Assembly (NCBI GenBank): GCA_019057795.1
Contig: JAHLWS010000049.1
Location: forward strand, 64,001 to 128,000
Length of the DNA stretch: 64,000 bases
Source: Promethearchaeota archaeon
GTDB lineage: Archaea > Asgardarchaeota > Lokiarchaeia > Sigyniarchaeales > SOKP01
Direction of reading: 5' to 3'
Shown: one piece after another, positions 60,309 to 64,000 of the stretch
How positions within the stretch are numbered: position 1 is the stretch's first letter
Layout: the number at the start of each line of letters is the position of its first letter
Made by a program: the position numbers and the translations under genes
The notes under the pieces: model-generated
Told to the model about the DNA's origin: nothing
The model's database searches: none
What the model saw: only the letters and a program-made list of their open reading frames with translations

Positions 60309-61694
60309 TTGGAAAGAAGTAACAATAATAATCATATTTTTCAAAATAAAAACGAGAGAGAACTTGAAAAAGGCGTAGGAATTGAAATTTATTCCACACC
60401 AGGTTTTAGCGGTATTAGTGCTATTTATAAAAAAAGGTATAAAGACTTTATTGTTAAAGAGATAACCCGTACAGGGCAGACTCTCGAGATCAGCGGGTAT
60501 GATACCACTATTAGTTTTTCTGAAGATTCAAAAGATAAGTATACGACATTTAATTTAGTGAAAATCAACATAGATACATTTGGAGCGATAAGAATGATTA
60601 GTAGAGCATTGAATATACATCCTAATTTAATAGAAGTAGCAGGGTTAAAAGATAAGCGTTCTATTAGCGTCCAAAAAGCTTCAATTAAAGGAAATCATGT
60701 CGAAAAACTAAAAAAATTAAAGTTAAAAGATATTTTTTTTAGAGGCATAACGCCTACAAGGAAGCCCGTTAAATTGGGAAGTAATAGGGGTAATCATTTT
60801 ATAATTACTCTTAGAAATATCGAAAAAGAAGTAAATGAAGAAAAAAGAATTAAGGCGTTATTCAACGAGTTACACACTCGTGGTTTTCCTAATTACTACG
60901 GACTTCAAAGATTTGGTACTTTTAGGCCAAATTCACATATAATAGGGCGATTTATAATAGAAGGCGAATATCAAAAGGCATATGAAGAGTTTGTTTTAGC
61001 AACTTATTCAACAGAATTACCTCAATCCCAACTAGTTCGTGAGAAATTAAAAAAATCTGGTGACCTTGAAAAAGCTTACAATTCATTCCCTGAAAGTTTA
61101 AATTATGAAAGGGATATGATTAAATACTTATTAGATAATCCAAGAGATTACGAGGGAGCGATTAATCATTTACCTAATTATCTTATTAAAATCTTGATTA
61201 GCTCTTTTCAGTCTTATCTGTTTAATAAAATGCTATCGTTAAGACATAAATATGGAAAATCTTTATGTAAACCAATTAAGGGCGATGTTTTTGTTATCTT
61301 AGATGATGTTAATGGGAACATCACTCAAATAAAATATACATACGGTGGGTTGTACGATAAATTTTTGCGAGAAGCAAATAATTTAAATCGGGCAAGAATA
61401 GTAATACCACTAATAGGGTATAATACAAACTTAGACGATTTCCCCTTAATGAAATCTCTACTTTTAGAAATTCTCGATAAGGAGCAAATTACTGCAGAAA
61501 TATTTAATAATAAATTACTATACACTTATGAATTTAAAGGTTCTTTTAGGCCGATAATCGTTAAACCGCTTGGTTTAAAAATATTAGAATATACTGAAGA
61601 CGACATCTACCAAAATAAGAATAAATTAAAAATCGAATTTTCTCTCCAGAAAGGTTCTTACGCAACAATGTTATTACGTGAAATAATAAAATAA
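60309..61694 (+). CDS. truD: tRNA pseudouridine(13) synthase
   Basis: DFIVKE, AGLKDKR, GNHF, PNYYGLQRFG, KGSYAT..LRE. Confidence 0.95.
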   Translation: MERSNNNNHIFQNKNERELEKGVGIEIYSTPGFSGISAIYKKRYKDFIVKEITRTGQTLEISGYDTTISFSEDSKDKYTTFNLVKINIDTFGAIRMISRALNIHPNLIEVAGLKDKRSISVQKASIKGNHVEKLKKLKLKDIFFRGITPTRKPVKLGSNRGNHFIITLRNIEKEVNEEKRIKALFNELHTRGFPNYYGLQRFGTFRPNSHIIGRFIIEGEYQKAYEEFVLATYSTELPQSQLVREKLKKSGDLEKAYNSFPESLNYERDMIKYLLDNPRDYEGAINHLPNYLIKILISSFQSYLFNKMLSLRHKYGKSLCKPIKGDVFVILDDVNGNITQIKYTYGGLYDKFLREANNLNRARIVIPLIGYNTNLDDFPLMKSLLLEILDKEQITAEIFNNKLLYTYEFKGSFRPIIVKPLGLKILEYTEDDIYQNKNKLKIEFSLQKGSYATMLLREIIK

Positions 61695-61698
61695 AGAA

Positions 61699-63246
61699 CT
61701 AATTAATGCTTATTTCATATTCTTGAGAGGTCTCATTTCCAAGAATATCAATTACCTTTACTGATATTTGATATTTACCTGATTTTTCATAGTAATATCG
61801 ATATGAGGTTAAATCTAGTTTACGGTTTTTTGGCGTTCTGTATGAAATCCACATCACATTGAAATAACTATTTTGACTATTAAAATCAATAGTCCAACTA
61901 TCTATCCAATCAGAAAAAGAATTTATCTTTTTTTTAAGTTTATTCTCAATTAAATCTAAATTTGGAACAAAATAGTCTATTAATTCAATTGATACCTTAT
62001 TATTGTCTTTTAGTATCTTAATTTCAAATTTTACATCTTGAAATAGATTTTTTTTTTTTGTCTTTTGAATGTTATTCACTAAAAATTCATCATAAGCGTT
62101 AATATCTTGGAGATTTTTGTTAACACTTAAAATTTTGAATGGATAAGGATTTTTTTTATATTTTTTTTCCCAATTAATAAGATCGTTACTATTATAAATG
62201 TCAAGGATTCTCTTGCGGCTTATGTTTATCGCGTGTTTTGCCATATCTGAACCAATCCATCGCCTCCCAAGTTTTTCTGCTACTGCTAATGTTGTGCCCG
62301 AGCCACAGAAAAAATCTGCTACTATGTCTGTTTCGTTAGAAGATGCAAGGATAATTCTTTTCAACAATCTTTCTGGCTTTTGAGTTGAAAAAGCTTGATA
62401 TTCTAAAGTATTTGCTCTAATGTATGGAACATCGTTCCATAAATCTCGAGGAAAAATACCATTTTCTCGGATATATACTTTTCGCGATAATTTTTTACCA
62501 TTATGACTTCCTCCTCTGTAATAATACGTCCCGATTTCGTCTTTTTTAAGAGCATTTTTAACCCGGTTTGAATATTCCATGTAAATCTTTGGATCGTCGT
62601 TAAATACGTAATCATTCGATTTTGTATAAAATAATAACACATCATAAGAACGAATAAAAAATCGTCTCGTTTTCGCCGATGCAGCTGGATAAGCCCATAT
62701 TATCTCATTTTTAAAATTTTCTATACCAAAGATTTCGTCCATAATTATTTTTATGTAATGAGAAACGTGCCAATCTAAATGCACGTAAATGCTTCCGTCT
62801 TCAGCAAGTAGCTCTTTCATTAATACTAATCTTTCGTATAAAAAATCGATATATGCATCTATTCCTCCACTCCATGTGTCTGAGTAAGCCTTAGTAACCT
62901 CAAAAGCGTTATTTTCACCTATTAACGTTTTGAATTTGAAATCACCTCCAGTTGCGAAAGGAGGATCGATGTATATTATTCTTATCTTCTTTGAAAACTT
63001 TTTTATCAGCGAATTTATAACATTTCTATTATCGCCCCAAATTAAGAGATTGTCCCAATCATTGACTTTAAGTTGGTTTTTTTGGTCATTCTCAGTATTT
63101 TTTTGAATTAATTCATTATAAGATGTGAATTTATTGATTGTGGGGCTTTTTATTGATTCCAATATTTGGAAAGGATAAGATATTTGAGTTTTAAATGTTT
63201 TAGACTTTTCAAATTTATCTTTATTTTTCCAATATAGATTTGGCAT
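61699..63246 (-). CDS. Beta-class N6-adenine DNA methyltransferase (Type III Mod-like), no adjacent nuclease
   Basis: IYIDPPF before TQKPE..DFFCGSGTT; C-terminal KVIDILGNE. Confidence 0.9.
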   Translation of the reverse strand: MPNLYWKNKDKFEKSKTFKTQISYPFQILESIKSPTINKFTSYNELIQKNTENDQKNQLKVNDWDNLLIWGDNRNVINSLIKKFSKKIRIIYIDPPFATGGDFKFKTLIGENNAFEVTKAYSDTWSGGIDAYIDFLYERLVLMKELLAEDGSIYVHLDWHVSHYIKIIMDEIFGIENFKNEIIWAYPAASAKTRRFFIRSYDVLLFYTKSNDYVFNDDPKIYMEYSNRVKNALKKDEIGTYYYRGGSHNGKKLSRKVYIRENGIFPRDLWNDVPYIRANTLEYQAFSTQKPERLLKRIILASSNETDIVADFFCGSGTTLAVAEKLGRRWIGSDMAKHAINISRKRILDIYNSNDLINWEKKYKKNPYPFKILSVNKNLQDINAYDEFLVNNIQKTKKKNLFQDVKFEIKILKDNNKVSIELIDYFVPNLDLIENKLKKKINSFSDWIDSWTIDFNSQNSYFNVMWISYRTPKNRKLDLTSYRYYYEKSGKYQISVKVIDILGNETSQEYEISIN

Positions 63247-63330
63247 TTTTAATTATAAGATAACAAAAAATTTATTGTTAATTTCCTTTTCAAATTTAAT
63301 TTTAATAAAACTTGAGATTTTATGGTTAAT

Positions 63331-64000
63331 ATGTCTATTGATGAAATGAATGGTTGGAGAAAAACTCACTATACAAGAGATGTTACGCCTGAATTAGCCG
63401 GTCAAGAGGTAATCCTTGCTGGATGGGTAAGAAATTATCGAGATCTTGGAGGTCTGAAGTTTATAAACTTCCAAGATAAATATGGCGAACGACAGATTAC
63501 TTTAAAAAAAGGGGTCGTTTCTGATGAGTTATTTGAAAAAGCAAAAGTTGGTTATCAATACTGTCTTATGATAAAAGGAAAAGTGAAAAAATTTGAAAAA
63601 GCACCAGGTGGGATTGAAATTATTCCAACTGAAATTAAAATTTTAAATAGGACTCCCGATAAACTTCCAATTGATATGACAGGAGAAACAATTTCAGACC
63701 TTGATCTTAGACTTAATAATAGAGCGTTAGATTTGAGATCTTTAAGAAATCAAGCAATTTTTGAAATTCGTGGACAGGTGTTAATGTCAATTAGGAACTT
63801 TCTACTCAAACGAGATTTTACAGAAATAACTACCCCTAAGATAATAGGTTCCGCGACTGAAGGGGGTACAGAGTTATTTCCAATTATGTATTTCGATAAA
63901 GAGGCGTTTTTAATACAATCTGCTCAATTATACAAAGAACAGTTAGGTGGAGTATATGAAAGGGTCTTTGAAATTAGCCCCGCCTTTAGAGCTGAGAAAA
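63331..64000 (+). CDS. aspS: Aspartyl-tRNA synthetase (archaeal type), 3' end outside window
   Basis: WRKTHYT, AGWV...RDLGGLKF, RLNNRALDLR, ATEGG.ELF, QSAQLYK, FRAE. Confidence 0.93.
   Translation, partial: MSIDEMNGWRKTHYTRDVTPELAGQEVILAGWVRNYRDLGGLKFINFQDKYGERQITLKKGVVSDELFEKAKVGYQYCLMIKGKVKKFEKAPGGIEIIPTEIKILNRTPDKLPIDMTGETISDLDLRLNNRALDLRSLRNQAIFEIRGQVLMSIRNFLLKRDFTEITTPKIIGSATEGGTELFPIMYFDKEAFLIQSAQLYKEQLGGVYERVFEISPAFRAEK

Noticed and set aside
1-64000. tRNA/rRNA genes, splicing endonuclease or RtcB genes, and further BHB-split genes
   Set aside because: None recognised by eye in this window; in-frame or very short introns could have been missed without a computational scan

Overview
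AT-rich archaeal chromosomal DNA, almost certainly from a Lokiarchaeia/Promethearchaeia (Asgard) genome. Evidence: a Loki-type profilin, four Rab-like small GTPases, longin/uDENN-like proteins, rpl38e, Cdc48 with an HbYX tail, a PSTK-like kinase, TBP and a thermosome subunit. Most of the window is housekeeping or metabolic. Accessory elements: (i) a probable viral scrap (QueE C-terminal fragment plus a PRTase) at about 2.1-2.8 kb; (ii) a three-HEPN defence-like island with a tandem ribbon-helix gene at about 4.07-8.58 kb, bounded by a 12-bp direct repeat; (iii) a solo tnpB (IS1341-like) element with a rearranged RuvC site at about 43.15-44.48 kb; (iv) a metabolic cargo region at about 50-56.8 kb punctuated by three copies of the 3' end of a small unannotated gene. 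The most striking observation is a V4R-domain gene (17298->16790, minus strand) interrupted by a 29-nt insertion. The insertion folds into a tRNA-type bulge-helix-bulge structure, and cutting at the canonical bulge positions restores the reading frame exactly. It is therefore a candidate endonuclease-spliced mRNA intron in an Asgard protein-coding gene. All assignments come from motif recognition by eye; no database searches or folding programs were run.
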